Part shown: in pieces, positions 28,794 through 38,999 of the stretch | How positions within the stretch are numbered: the stretch's first letter is position 1 | Layout of the letters: each line of letters begins with the position of its first letter | Source of the DNA: Candidatus Magasanikbacteria bacterium CG1_02_41_34 | GTDB lineage: Bacteria; Patescibacteriota; Patescibacteriia; Magasanikbacterales; UBA922 | Assembly: GCA_001871445.1 (NCBI GenBank) | Contig: MNVD01000011.1 | Span: 29,382-93,381 of the forward strand | Length of the DNA: 64,000 bases | Reading direction: 5' to 3' | Notes under the pieces: generated by a model | Told to the model about the DNA's origin: nothing | The model's input: only the letters and a program-made list of their open reading frames with translations | Database searches by the model: none | Position numbers and translations under genes: made by a program

Positions 28794-30206
28794 ATGAACA
28801 GATATTTTGTAGAGTTTGAAAACAATATTACTTCACAGTGGGGTGAAGATGGTATTCTTGAAGAAATTTTTAGGCGGATTGGTGATGGAACAAAAATGGC
28901 CATTGAATTTGGTGCGTGGGATGGGAAGCATTGTAGTAATGTTTGGAACCTGTGGAACAACAAAGGGTGGTCAGCAATATTGATAGAATCTGAGGAAAAA
29001 AGAGTTGAAGAATTAAAGCAGAATATTGAAGGATTTGATAACGTAATACCTGTACACGCTTTTGTAGAAACTGAGGGTGATAATACGTTGGATAAAATTC
29101 TTGGCAAGTATCTGCCCGGGAAAAAGGTTGATTTACTTTGTATAGATGTAGATGGAGATGATTATCATATTTTGGAATCAATTGAAACAATAAAACCGCG
29201 TGTAATTGTTATTGAATATAACCCCACTGTTCCTCCACACATAGATATTGTACAAGCAGAAGGTGAATATTTTGGGGCATCTGCAAAAGCTTTGAATAGA
29301 CTTGCGACAGACAAGGGATATGTATTGGTAGATATCACTTCTACTAACATGATTTTTGTAATTGATGATGAATTTCAAAAGATTGACATATCTAGACAAA
29401 CGGTGGATGAACTCTTTGACAAAAGTTTGCTGACTTATGTTATTAGTGGATATGGAGGCTATTCTTTCTTAACTCGTTTACCAAGATTTTCCAATTTTTT
29501 CCAGTTTCGTCGTAAGAAAAAGGTTGGTTTGTCTATACGTGATAAAGACACTTCATGTATTCCCGTTATTATTCGTAGGAATGAATCAATGCTTGCTTTT
29601 GTGAGTAAACGGTTCCATGTCCCCGGTACAAAAGTCACATGGCATCGTGTGTTGGTCCGGTTGATTAATAAAAAAAGAGAATTAAAATTCAGATGGACTC
29701 ATTACAAGAAGCAGAAGACTATACGAGCATATCAAAAAAAATATGATATAAGTACGATGCTTGAAACGGGTACCTATAAAGGGGACATGGTATTTAAGAT
29801 GCGTAATGTATTTAAGAAAATTTATACAATAGAATTAGGGAAGAAGTTGTACGAAGATGCTTGTGTTCGTTTGAAAGATTTTTCTCACATAACATTACTT
29901 CATGGAGATAGTGGAGAAAAAATTACTGAAATACTAACTTCTATAAAAGAACCGACATTGTTTTGGCTTGATGGACATTATTCCGGTGGTGAGACAGCTT
30001 TAGGAAATTTGGAAACGCCTGTGATTGCGGAGTTAAAAAGTATACTAAAACATCCTGTCAAAAATCATGTGATTTTAATTGATGATGCTCGTTGTTTTAA
30101 TGGGGAAAAGGATTATCCCACAATGAAAGAGCTTACTGCTTTAGTTACCCAATTTTCAAATTACACATTGGAGGTTAAGAATGACATAATTAGAGTAGTT
30201 AATTAA
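28794..30206 (+). CDS. Two-domain SAM-dependent methyltransferase (FkbM-like plus class I)
   Basis: N-domain SQWGEDG, EFGAWDG, IDVDGDD, PRVIVIEYN; C-domain LETGTYKGD, GDSG, FWLDGHYSGG, ILIDDAR. Confidence 0.75.
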   Translation: MNRYFVEFENNITSQWGEDGILEEIFRRIGDGTKMAIEFGAWDGKHCSNVWNLWNNKGWSAILIESEEKRVEELKQNIEGFDNVIPVHAFVETEGDNTLDKILGKYLPGKKVDLLCIDVDGDDYHILESIETIKPRVIVIEYNPTVPPHIDIVQAEGEYFGASAKALNRLATDKGYVLVDITSTNMIFVIDDEFQKIDISRQTVDELFDKSLLTYVISGYGGYSFLTRLPRFSNFFQFRRKKKVGLSIRDKDTSCIPVIIRRNESMLAFVSKRFHVPGTKVTWHRVLVRLINKKRELKFRWTHYKKQKTIRAYQKKYDISTMLETGTYKGDMVFKMRNVFKKIYTIELGKKLYEDACVRLKDFSHITLLHGDSGEKITEILTSIKEPTLFWLDGHYSGGETALGNLETPVIAELKSILKHPVKNHVILIDDARCFNGEKDYPTMKELTALVTQFSNYTLEVKNDIIRVVN

Positions 30207-30227
30207 AACACAATAGATATTAAAAAC

Positions 30228-31298
30228 ATGAAAATACTTTTCGCGTTTAATTTATTTTATTATGATTCACACGAATTGAATTGTGCGTATTATTTTTTTG
30301 TTGACACCTGTTTAAAAATGGGCCATCAAGTTCAGATTGTCGATTTTGGGACACTAAATAGAACAAGCGGTCAAAGATCAATTTCCTCCTTAGTAATGAG
30401 TTATGTGACAAATTATAAGCCAGACCTATTATTTACAGTACCTTCTGGGCGAGAATTGTCAAAGAGTTTATTATTCATAATAAAAAATTTTACAAATACA
30501 GTGACCTTGGCTTGGAATAGTGATGATGACCGGCGCTGGGAAAATTATTCTAGTACATATGTTGACTTGTATGACTTAATGATTACCACATATGAAAATA
30601 TTTTTGATAAGGCTAGAAAAGAAGGACATAACAATGTTTTGCTCAGTCAATGGGCGTCTAATCCGGACTATAATAAACCAATAAAAGGCTTGTCAAAAAA
30701 ATACGATGTAGCTTTTGTTGGTGTCGCCTATGGTGATAGGCCTAATTATATTCAACATTTAATTAATAAGGGTTTTAACGTAAAAGTTGCTGGTAAAAAT
30801 TGGGATAAATATATTTCTGATAGTGATTCTACGCTATCTCAACAAGACATGAGCTTGATTTATAATCAATCGAAGATTGCATTGGTTTTTTCAGGTGGGT
30901 ACGAGAAGGGGAAACAAATAAAGGGAAGAGTTTTTGAAACACCTGCATATAAAGTATGTACCTTTATTGAGGATACTCCGGGATTGGAGAAATTTTATAT
31001 CGATAAGAAAGAAGTAGTCAGTTTCACTGATAAAAATGATTTAGTTGAAAAATTAAAGCTATATTTAGAAGATGATGAATTAAGAGAAAAAGTGGCCCAA
31101 AATGGATACAAAAAAACCAACACATTTAACACGTATCAAAAACGAATGGAGGATATTTTTATTGAAGTTGGGAAAATACAAAAAAAAAATAATATCATTT
31201 CAAGATGGTTGGGAAGGATATTATTAAAAATATCAATTGAGAGTGCTAGGATATATAGTTTATCTAAAAAGATTATAAAAAAACTGAAATTTATATAA
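30228..31298 (+). CDS. CgeB-like GT-B glycosyltransferase
   Basis: WNSDD, YDVAFVG..YGDR, IKGRVFE, IAQNG/TYxxR-type C-terminus. Confidence 0.8.
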   Translation: MKILFAFNLFYYDSHELNCAYYFFVDTCLKMGHQVQIVDFGTLNRTSGQRSISSLVMSYVTNYKPDLLFTVPSGRELSKSLLFIIKNFTNTVTLAWNSDDDRRWENYSSTYVDLYDLMITTYENIFDKARKEGHNNVLLSQWASNPDYNKPIKGLSKKYDVAFVGVAYGDRPNYIQHLINKGFNVKVAGKNWDKYISDSDSTLSQQDMSLIYNQSKIALVFSGGYEKGKQIKGRVFETPAYKVCTFIEDTPGLEKFYIDKKEVVSFTDKNDLVEKLKLYLEDDELREKVAQNGYKKTNTFNTYQKRMEDIFIEVGKIQKKNNIISRWLGRILLKISIESARIYSLSKKIIKKLKFI

Positions 31299-31336
31299 AT
31301 AAAAATTTCAGTAGGTATGTCTGCTTGTAAAAAAAT

Positions 31337-32059
31337 ATGAAGAAAAAATATTCATTCGGAGGAGCAAAAAGATTTTTTATTCATTGCTTAAGAAAACCCT
31401 TTATAAGTATGCGTATCTATAAGCATGCTCCTCGTATTTTTTTGTTATTCAAATTTGGTGTCGGTAAAAATAAAAATACACAGTCATATTGGAGCGGAGT
31501 TCACGCATCTGAAGGACATCTGGGAGAAACACAGCATTCGAGATTTGGTAATTCAGTTTCGTCGTTACTAGATCGTATAGATTTTACTGATAGGGATGTT
31601 TTGGATGTTGGATGTGCTCGAGGAACTTTTTTGGAAAGTATACCAGAAGCAAAATCACGTACAGGAGTTGACATTTCTCATGCTGCTGTAGCGGAAGTAC
31701 AAAAAAAAGGTATGATGGCATGGCAGGTCACACTTCCTTACTTATACTTAAAAAAACAGTTTGATATTGTTACTTGCTTTGAAACGTTGGAACATGTCTT
31801 GAAATGGCAAGAAACTATAATTCAACTTGTTCGTCATACTCGAGACAATGGTTATGTCATTATTTCAGTCCCCTTTGAAGATAGTATCGTTATAGATGAA
31901 CATGTTGTATACTTTGATGTATCACGTATATATAAAGAGATGAGAAAACATCTTACTGTTGTGGAGATGCGTATACTGGGTCCCTGGATACTTGTGGTAG
32001 GTCAAAAAAAGAAGTATGTCCGTGGGCAAGTGTATGATGCATATCCAGAACTACTGTGA
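31337..32059 (+). CDS. Class I SAM-dependent methyltransferase
   Basis: VLDVGCARG, GVDIS, FDIVTCFETLEHV, IISVP. Confidence 0.88.
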   Translation: MKKKYSFGGAKRFFIHCLRKPFISMRIYKHAPRIFLLFKFGVGKNKNTQSYWSGVHASEGHLGETQHSRFGNSVSSLLDRIDFTDRDVLDVGCARGTFLESIPEAKSRTGVDISHAAVAEVQKKGMMAWQVTLPYLYLKKQFDIVTCFETLEHVLKWQETIIQLVRHTRDNGYVIISVPFEDSIVIDEHVVYFDVSRIYKEMRKHLTVVEMRILGPWILVVGQKKKYVRGQVYDAYPELL

Positions 32060-32140
32060 TGTTTGCAAAAGATAGATCGTTAGATGTATGTCTCCTCAAG
32101 ACATGTTGCAGAGAAGGTTTTTAAAGTATATTTTTGATGT

Positions 32141-33226
32141 ATGAAAGAGAAAATAGATTTATCAAAGAAAGCAATAGAGATGTGGAATACATTTGATACA
32201 GATCAAAAAAGTTTTTGGTCTGATTATTTTGAATTGCAAACTGTCTCAATAGAAGATATAAATAAATTTTCTTCATACAGTCATGAATATTTATATTCTC
32301 TAAATAATGAAGAAATCACCAAAGTAGTTTTTTGTATTGTCGTTGAGATTTTGAGATACAATGATATGCATAAAATGAATAGAGCGTTTTTTGGTAATTC
32401 TGGAGGATTGGATAGTGCTACAGTCTGTGCCTTATTGTCAAAAGCCAAAAAAATGGCTAAAGATTTGGGCAATGATTTTGATATTATTTCTTTGGGGTTA
32501 CCAATATATAGTAATCCAGAGCATGATATGCGTGCAAAACAAACTGCACAGAAATTCGAAATAAGTCATGTATTAATAGAAAATCTTGACAATGTTTTGA
32601 AAGAGTGTAAAAAATCTTTAAGTCCGTTGGTTGAAGATTTTAATTTTAATGAAGAAGAAGTGCGTCGTGGTTTTGGTAATGTGAAGGCACGAATGAGGAT
32701 GATTGTAAATTTTTTTGGAACAACGCAACCAGGAAGCTATGTTGTTTCAACTGACAACTTGTCAGAGCTCTACATGGCCTTTTGGACACTCATGGGAGAT
32801 GTGGGGGCATTTGGGCCAATTCAAAATATTTTCAAAGGTTTGGAATTGCCCTCTATTGCGTTTGCACTCGGTGTACCCGAAGAGACGTTGGGTGCAAAAC
32901 CAACAGATGGATTGGAAATACATGCATCATTGGATGAAAGAGAGGGTGGGGATGTCGATGCCTTCAAAGGTGTTCAGTATCCGCATCTTGATGCTATTAT
33001 TTGTTATGCTGTAAAAAATGGTTTAATGTTGGACAAAGACACATTTGTTACGGTTCCAGCCGGAAATATTGATTCGGATTTTGCAACCCAAGAAGTTGTG
33101 GATGGCTTGGTAAGACAGATGTCTAGTCCTGGCTCTGTGTGGAAGAGAAAGAGTGGATCTATTGGTACTGCCATTTGCAGAGAAGATCTCGGTTTATCTC
33201 CTCTAGAGAATATTACGTTAGTTTGA
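32141..33226 (+). CDS. NadE-like (NH3-dependent NAD synthetase family) N-type ATP pyrophosphatase
   Basis: SGGLDSA PP-loop, GNVKARMRM, STDNLSE..FWTLMGD, KPTDGL. Confidence 0.75.
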   Translation: MKEKIDLSKKAIEMWNTFDTDQKSFWSDYFELQTVSIEDINKFSSYSHEYLYSLNNEEITKVVFCIVVEILRYNDMHKMNRAFFGNSGGLDSATVCALLSKAKKMAKDLGNDFDIISLGLPIYSNPEHDMRAKQTAQKFEISHVLIENLDNVLKECKKSLSPLVEDFNFNEEEVRRGFGNVKARMRMIVNFFGTTQPGSYVVSTDNLSELYMAFWTLMGDVGAFGPIQNIFKGLELPSIAFALGVPEETLGAKPTDGLEIHASLDEREGGDVDAFKGVQYPHLDAIICYAVKNGLMLDKDTFVTVPAGNIDSDFATQEVVDGLVRQMSSPGSVWKRKSGSIGTAICREDLGLSPLENITLV

Positions 33227-33235
33227 AGATATACT

Positions 33236-34285
33236 ATGAAACCAACAGTATATATAACCGGTGGATCAAAAAATCCAAGCGGCGGAACAAAAGTCATGAA
33301 TGAATTGACTAATCTTTTTATTGAAAAAGGTTTTGAAAGTTATGCTGTAACTTCAGACGATAGTGGTCCAGCAAGTTTTTTGGAAAATCCCGCCCCTACG
33401 TTGAGTATAAATGAATATGAAAATGGGCTAAAAGAGGATGACATCACGATTGATTTTTGGCCTACCAAGAGATTTTTTAATATATCAAGTAGAAAAAAAA
33501 ATAAGAGAAGAGTTTTTTGGCAGCATGGGGCATCCATACCCATAGGAAATGAATTCGCGGGAGAAGATGTTTTTAAAAAGGGGAACCCCTATACACACCA
33601 TTGGAATGTGAGTAGTGCGTGCGCTGATTATATTGAGTATGCGTATGATTTAAAAAATATTGATATTGTTCATCCATTTTTTGATACAGACATAATGAAA
33701 AAATTTGTTGCAGAAAAAGATAAGCATTCACGAGAAGGGTTCTTAATTTTAGCTAGACGAGGACAAAAGTATATACCAAAAATCATTAAAAAATTTGGGA
33801 CAACGCAAAAAATTACAGTGATGAAACCTCCGTTTCATGAAAAAGATTTCTTTGCACAATTGTTAACGCACGAATTTTATATTTCCGTGGATGATGGCAT
33901 ACACAATGTTATATTAAAAAATAAAATAAAAACAGAAATAAAAAAAATAGTTAATAAAGATTTTAGGATTAAAGAGAATTCAAGAAACAACTGGATAATC
34001 CCAAAAGGTAATTTATTGGGTTTTCCGATGCCACCTGTCGAAGCTGCCTTGTTGGGAACGGTTGTCATTGGTTTTGCTATGGGTGGTGGATTGGAATGGA
34101 TGAATGATAAAAATTGTTTTTTAGCAAAAGATAAAAATGAAAAATCGTTATTTGAAAATATTGAAAAAGCAATTCAAACTCCTTTGCCTGATTTACATAT
34201 AACCAAAGAACAATCTTTTAAAGATATACAAAAGTTTACTAAGACACATACATGGGATCAGATTACTAATTCATTATCTTTATGA
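33236..34285 (+). CDS. GT-B glycosyltransferase-like protein
   Basis: PSGGTKV N-terminus; GFPMPPVEAALLG..VIGF..GGGLEW. Confidence 0.7.
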   Translation: MKPTVYITGGSKNPSGGTKVMNELTNLFIEKGFESYAVTSDDSGPASFLENPAPTLSINEYENGLKEDDITIDFWPTKRFFNISSRKKNKRRVFWQHGASIPIGNEFAGEDVFKKGNPYTHHWNVSSACADYIEYAYDLKNIDIVHPFFDTDIMKKFVAEKDKHSREGFLILARRGQKYIPKIIKKFGTTQKITVMKPPFHEKDFFAQLLTHEFYISVDDGIHNVILKNKIKTEIKKIVNKDFRIKENSRNNWIIPKGNLLGFPMPPVEAALLGTVVIGFAMGGGLEWMNDKNCFLAKDKNEKSLFENIEKAIQTPLPDLHITKEQSFKDIQKFTKTHTWDQITNSLSL

Positions 34286-35082
34286 TTAAAAAAATTATTA
34301 AACAATTTTTTGGATATTTTGGCTTTGATTTGATAAAAAGAAAGAATGTCGAGAGGAAAACTATGTCGGGTATATTGAAGCAGATTTCCAAACAGTGGCA
34401 GCCAGATGTGGTTGTGGACGTTGGGGCAGCTTTTGGTGAATGGTCAAAAGAATGTTATAGTGTATTCCCCAAAGCAAAATATGTATTATTGGAGCCTTTG
34501 GAAGAATACAATAAACCCCTGACAAAAGTTAAAAATAAAATTACAGATTCTATATTTTTGCCAGTAGCCGCTTGCCCTCAAAATGGTAAAATCAATTTTC
34601 ACGTACACGAAGACTTGGTTGGATCTTCGTTAAAAAATGAAACAGAAGGACCGGAAGTTGATGGTAAGGTCAGGATTGTAGAAGGTAAGACTTTGGACAA
34701 TGTCTGTAGTGAAAATGAATTGCAAGGAAATTTTTTAATAAAGATTGATGTTCAAGGAGCGGAATTGGATGTTCTTCGGGGTGCACAGCATATGTTAGCT
34801 AATACACAGTGTGTTATTTTAGAGGTCTCATTTTTCAAATCTTTTGTTAATGCTCCAGACGTATATGAAGTCATTATATTTATGAAAGAAAAAGGTTTTG
34901 TTATTTACGACATAGGTTCTTTTTTATATAGACCTTATGACGGAGCATTGTCTCAGACTGATATGGTTTTTGTAAGAGAAACAAGTATACTCAGAAAATT
35001 TCATGGGTATGCAACTCCAGAACAACGAAACATTCAGAACGATAAATTTAAGAAGCAACGCAATTCGTTTTATGGTATATAA
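34282..35082 (+). CDS. FkbM-family methyltransferase
   Basis: VDVGAAFG, EP, TLD, KIDVQGAELDVLRG, ILEVS. Confidence 0.9.
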   Translation: MIKKIIKQFFGYFGFDLIKRKNVERKTMSGILKQISKQWQPDVVVDVGAAFGEWSKECYSVFPKAKYVLLEPLEEYNKPLTKVKNKITDSIFLPVAACPQNGKINFHVHEDLVGSSLKNETEGPEVDGKVRIVEGKTLDNVCSENELQGNFLIKIDVQGAELDVLRGAQHMLANTQCVILEVSFFKSFVNAPDVYEVIIFMKEKGFVIYDIGSFLYRPYDGALSQTDMVFVRETSILRKFHGYATPEQRNIQNDKFKKQRNSFYGI

Positions 35083-35095
35083 TATGTTCAATAAC

Positions 35096-35215
35096 AAAAT
35101 ATATTTGTTGACAACATATCCCTTTTTTCTATTCCAGAATACAAAAAATAAGCCATATGAATCAATAAAATTTTTTACAAAAGAACATACGTGGAATAAA
35201 CAATCAGAGTTGTAA
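35096..35215 (+). pseudogene. Mosaic of decayed 3' fragments of paralogs of the neighbouring methyltransferase and glycosyltransferase
   Basis: 35096-35150 matches 35891-35945 at 49/55 nt. 35174-35197 encodes FTKEHTWN versus FTKTHTWD at 34235-34258. Confidence 0.7.
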
Positions 35216-35226
35216 ATCTATAATAT

Positions 35227-36051
35227 ATGACAAATAATCAAACAATTGAGGATGTAAAAAACTATTGGAACAAGAGGCCGTGTAATATTCGACATTCAAA
35301 TAAGGAGGTGGGTACAAGGGAATATTTTGATGAAGTAGAAAAAAGGAAATACTTCGTAGAGCCTCATATTCCTGGTTTTGCAGAGTTTGAAAAATGGAAA
35401 GGTAAAAATGTTATGGAGATAGGGTGTGGTCTAGGTACAGATACCATGAGTTTTTTGCGTTCAGGAGCACGAGTTACCGCGATTGATCTCTCTAAAGAGT
35501 CTGTAATGATGGCAGAAAAACGCGCGGAGGTATTTGGTCTGCAAGATCGGGTAGATTTTTATGTTGCAAATGCTGAAAAACTTGATGACGTTGTTCCTAT
35601 CAAACAGTATGATTTGATATATTCATTTGGGGTTATACATCATACACCCCATCCCGAAGTAGTAGTTGAGAAAATAAAAAAATATCTTCCAAAAGGTGGT
35701 GTATTTAAAATGATGGTATATTATAAATTTTCTTGGAAAGTTTTGTGGATCATTATGAGATATGGAAAATTTCAATTTTGGAAGATAAAAGAGTTGGTAC
35801 CAAAATATTCAGAGGCACAAGTAGGGTCTCCTGTCACTTTTTATTATAGTAGAAGGGAAGTGAAGAAGTTATTGGAAGGTTTTGAAATAAAAAATATATT
35901 TGTTGATCACATATTTCCTTTTTCTATTCCTGAATACAAAAAATATGAATATAAAAAAGTTTGGTATTTCCGTTTTATGCCAAAATCGTTGTTCCTTCTC
36001 TTAGAGAAAATGTTTGGATGGCATTTATGTATAACCGCTGTAAAAAAGTAA
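35227..36051 (+). CDS. Class I SAM-dependent methyltransferase
   Basis: VMEIGCGLGTD, IDLS, YSFGVIHHTP. Confidence 0.9.
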   Translation: MTNNQTIEDVKNYWNKRPCNIRHSNKEVGTREYFDEVEKRKYFVEPHIPGFAEFEKWKGKNVMEIGCGLGTDTMSFLRSGARVTAIDLSKESVMMAEKRAEVFGLQDRVDFYVANAEKLDDVVPIKQYDLIYSFGVIHHTPHPEVVVEKIKKYLPKGGVFKMMVYYKFSWKVLWIIMRYGKFQFWKIKELVPKYSEAQVGSPVTFYYSRREVKKLLEGFEIKNIFVDHIFPFSIPEYKKYEYKKVWYFRFMPKSLFLLLEKMFGWHLCITAVKK

Positions 36052-36060
36052 TTTATATAT

Positions 36061-37368
36061 ATGCAACATATTTCAATAATCGGACTTGGCAAATTAGGGG
36101 CTTGTATGGCAGCAACGTATGCGAGCAAGGAACATCGTGTAATTGGAGTTGATATAAATCAAAATGTTGTAAATGCAATTAATGATGGGAAAGCACCTGT
36201 TGATGAAAAAGATCTTGCAGAATATATTGAAAAAAGTGGCGAAAGACTTCGGGCAACTACTGACTACAATGATGCTGTAAAAAATAGCGATATTACATTT
36301 ATTATAGTTCCAACTCCTACAGACGAGACCGGCGGTTTTACATCTCGCTATGTTCAAAAGGCATGTGAGAGCATCGGAGCTGTATTAAAAGAAAAAGAGA
36401 CTTATCACCTGGTGGTTTTGACCAGTACACTTTTACCAGAAGTTTGCGAAGAAGAGGTAATCTCTGTTCTTGAAAAGTTTTCTCAAAAAAAATGTGGAAA
36501 AGATTTTGGTTTTTGTTATAGTCCTGAATTTATTGCGATAGGTACGGTCATACACGATCTATTGAATCCAGATTTCTTCTTGATAGGAGAGTTTGATAAG
36601 AAGTCTGGAGATATACTAGAGAATTTTTATAATTCTGTTTCAGACAACAATGCTCTCTGTAAACGTATGAGTATAACATCTGCAGAACTTACTAAGATTA
36701 GTATAAATTCTTTTCTTACCATGAAAATAACGTATGCTAATATGCTTGCTGAGATTTCAGAACATATTCCCGGTGTAAATGTTGATCATGTCACAAATGC
36801 TCTTGGCAGTGATAAACGGATAGGGAAATATTATTTACATGCTGGACTTGGGTTTGGTGGACCGTGTTTTCCACGAGATAATCGAGCGTTCGCCTATATG
36901 GCAAAAAAGAGGGGTGTCGAAGCACCATTTGCGCAGCAAACTGATGAATACAATAAAACAATTATTAATAGAGCTATAAAATATATTAAAGAGAATATAG
37001 AAAAGGGAGGGGCGGTTGGTATTATTGGCCTTAGTTATAAACCGGGTACATATTTTTGTGAAGAATCTCAAGCCATATCTATAGCCAAACAATTATCAGA
37101 AGATGGATATAGCGTACATGTATTCGAACCCTATGGTCATTCTCATGCCAAAGAACTTTTAGGAGATAGTGTTTCGTATTGTGAATCTTTAAATGAGTGT
37201 ATAGAAAAGAGTTCTCTATTGTTTTTAAGTAATAGGGATAAAGAACTATCTGTTTTGCCAAAATTGCTAGATTCATCTAGCCGTAAAATTATTCTAGACC
37301 CATGGCGTCAGTTTGATAAAGGTGAATTTAGGAATAGCTCAACATATATTACATTTGGAATTAGATAG
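36061..37368 (+). CDS. UDP-glucose/GDP-mannose 6-dehydrogenase family protein
   Basis: IIGLGKLG, VPTP, SPEF, GFGGPCFPRD, GLSYKP. Confidence 0.92.
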   Translation: MQHISIIGLGKLGACMAATYASKEHRVIGVDINQNVVNAINDGKAPVDEKDLAEYIEKSGERLRATTDYNDAVKNSDITFIIVPTPTDETGGFTSRYVQKACESIGAVLKEKETYHLVVLTSTLLPEVCEEEVISVLEKFSQKKCGKDFGFCYSPEFIAIGTVIHDLLNPDFFLIGEFDKKSGDILENFYNSVSDNNALCKRMSITSAELTKISINSFLTMKITYANMLAEISEHIPGVNVDHVTNALGSDKRIGKYYLHAGLGFGGPCFPRDNRAFAYMAKKRGVEAPFAQQTDEYNKTIINRAIKYIKENIEKGGAVGIIGLSYKPGTYFCEESQAISIAKQLSEDGYSVHVFEPYGHSHAKELLGDSVSYCESLNECIEKSSLLFLSNRDKELSVLPKLLDSSSRKIILDPWRQFDKGEFRNSSTYITFGIR

Positions 37369-37371
37369 ATT

Positions 37372-38090
37372 ATGAAAAAATATATAAAAAAAATTACACT
37401 TAAAATCTTTAAAATTTTTGGTATAACAAGGAAAAGAATAGCTTTTCCTATGTTTCGTCATGATATATATTCACAAAACGGAGAGGACGGGATTGTGGAA
37501 TTTATAATTAAAAAAATTCCTTCTTTACCAAAGTATATAATTGATATAGGGGCAAATGATGGTGTGTTGGGAAGTAACAGTCGTTTGTTGATAGAAAAAT
37601 ATAAGTTTGGGGGCCTATTAGTTGAGCCATTTAGCGAGGCGTTCAAAAAATTGGAAGAATTATATGCACATAATGATAACGTAGAGATAAGTAATTTTGC
37701 AGTTGGCTGTGAATCTACCATTGAGGGCAAAATAAATTGGCATGGGCATTTTTCGCAAATGAAGTCTCAGATTGTTAATATCAATGATTTGTTGTCGCAA
37801 TATAATATCCCAAAAGATATAGGATTTTTGTCTATAGATATTGACGGAAATGATAACGATGTTTTATCAGCGATAGACTGGACGGAATACTCACCCATAT
37901 TTGTTATTCAGAGATTGATTCTTCGTCTGACAAGAATTTACAAGAACAAATCAATATTATGGACGACGCGGGGTATTTACCTATGCTTCATATAGGAAAT
38001 GTGTTTTATTGTAGAAAAGAGTATAGTGGTAGATTCTTTTTTAATTGGAAATTGAAATTGGAAAATGAATTTGGTTTTTTTAAGCAGTAG
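37372..38090 (+). pseudogene. FkbM-like methyltransferase with a frameshift near 37908
   Basis: YSQNGEDG, DIGANDG, SIDIDGND, then SPIFVI. The family-like continuation (EIDSSSDKNL...GNVFYCRK...KQ*) is in another frame ending at TAG 38090. Confidence 0.75.
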
Positions 38091-38099
38091 CAATTTAGT

Positions 38100-38999
38100 A
38101 TGTCTGAGAAAAAATACCCCAAAATTACATTGGTGACAACTTGCTATAATCATGCAGATTTTATTGCAGAGACAATTGAATCTATTCTATTCCAAGAATA
38201 TCCCAATTTAGAATATATTGTGATAGACGACGGAAGTACTGATGGAAGTTGGGATATTATACAAACATATAAAGATAAGCTTACTGTATGTGAGCACATG
38301 GATGGATATAGGACAACACCCACAATAGCGCTTAATTATGCGATAAAAAAAGGGACAGGGGGAATAATGGGGTGGTTAAATAGTGATGATATTCTTTTAC
38401 CTGGAAGTTTATTTCGGATAGCTCAAATATTTACCGATAATGAAAACGTTGAATGGCTTACTGGAATGGCAAGTACAATTAATATTAAATCAGAACTTGT
38501 TAATTCTACATTGCGGTTAAAAAACAAATATGATTTTTTAATTGGAGATTGGAAAATCATTCAACAAGAGTCCACTTTTTGGCGTAGATCTCTTTGGGAT
38601 AAAACGGGAGGGACTCTGTGTAAAGAATGGGCATTTGATACAGAGCTATGGACACGTTTTTTTATGGAAACAGATCATTATCATGTGGATGTTCCGCTCG
38701 GTGCTTTTAGAAAAGGGCCACAGAGCAAAAGTGTAAGTGATGAAAAATCTTTTTTGGATCCGAGTGAAAGACATTTATCTAAAATGAGAGAAAAAACACG
38801 TATCAAGGATAAAATATATACAGTTTTGTATGTTGTATGTAAAAAGGTATTTTGGCCAGTGTTGGCTATAATTCCTTCTTCTTGGTATGTTCGTGTCCCT
38901 ATTTTGAATATATTTAGTTATACGTTGCTGAAGTATTCATTTAGTAAGGCTAAATGGTGTGAAAAAAGAATTAATCCTTTTAAAACTAAATTTTTATAA
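38100..38999 (+). CDS. Glycosyltransferase family 2
   Basis: LVTTCYN, IDDGSTDGS, WLNSDD, QESTFWRR, DTELW. Confidence 0.9.
   Translation: MSEKKYPKITLVTTCYNHADFIAETIESILFQEYPNLEYIVIDDGSTDGSWDIIQTYKDKLTVCEHMDGYRTTPTIALNYAIKKGTGGIMGWLNSDDILLPGSLFRIAQIFTDNENVEWLTGMASTINIKSELVNSTLRLKNKYDFLIGDWKIIQQESTFWRRSLWDKTGGTLCKEWAFDTELWTRFFMETDHYHVDVPLGAFRKGPQSKSVSDEKSFLDPSERHLSKMREKTRIKDKIYTVLYVVCKKVFWPVLAIIPSSWYVRVPILNIFSYTLLKYSFSKAKWCEKRINPFKTKFL

Noticed and set aside
14097-34285. UGA recoding (genetic code 25)
   Set aside because: TGA serves as a normal stop (14097, 32057, 33224, 34283), and conserved genes are intact under code 11.
35096-35945. 55-nt repeat pair as a DGR template/variable repeat
   Set aside because: Mismatches are not confined to adenines of one copy, the repeat is short, and no reverse transcriptase is in the window. 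A paralog remnant explains it better.
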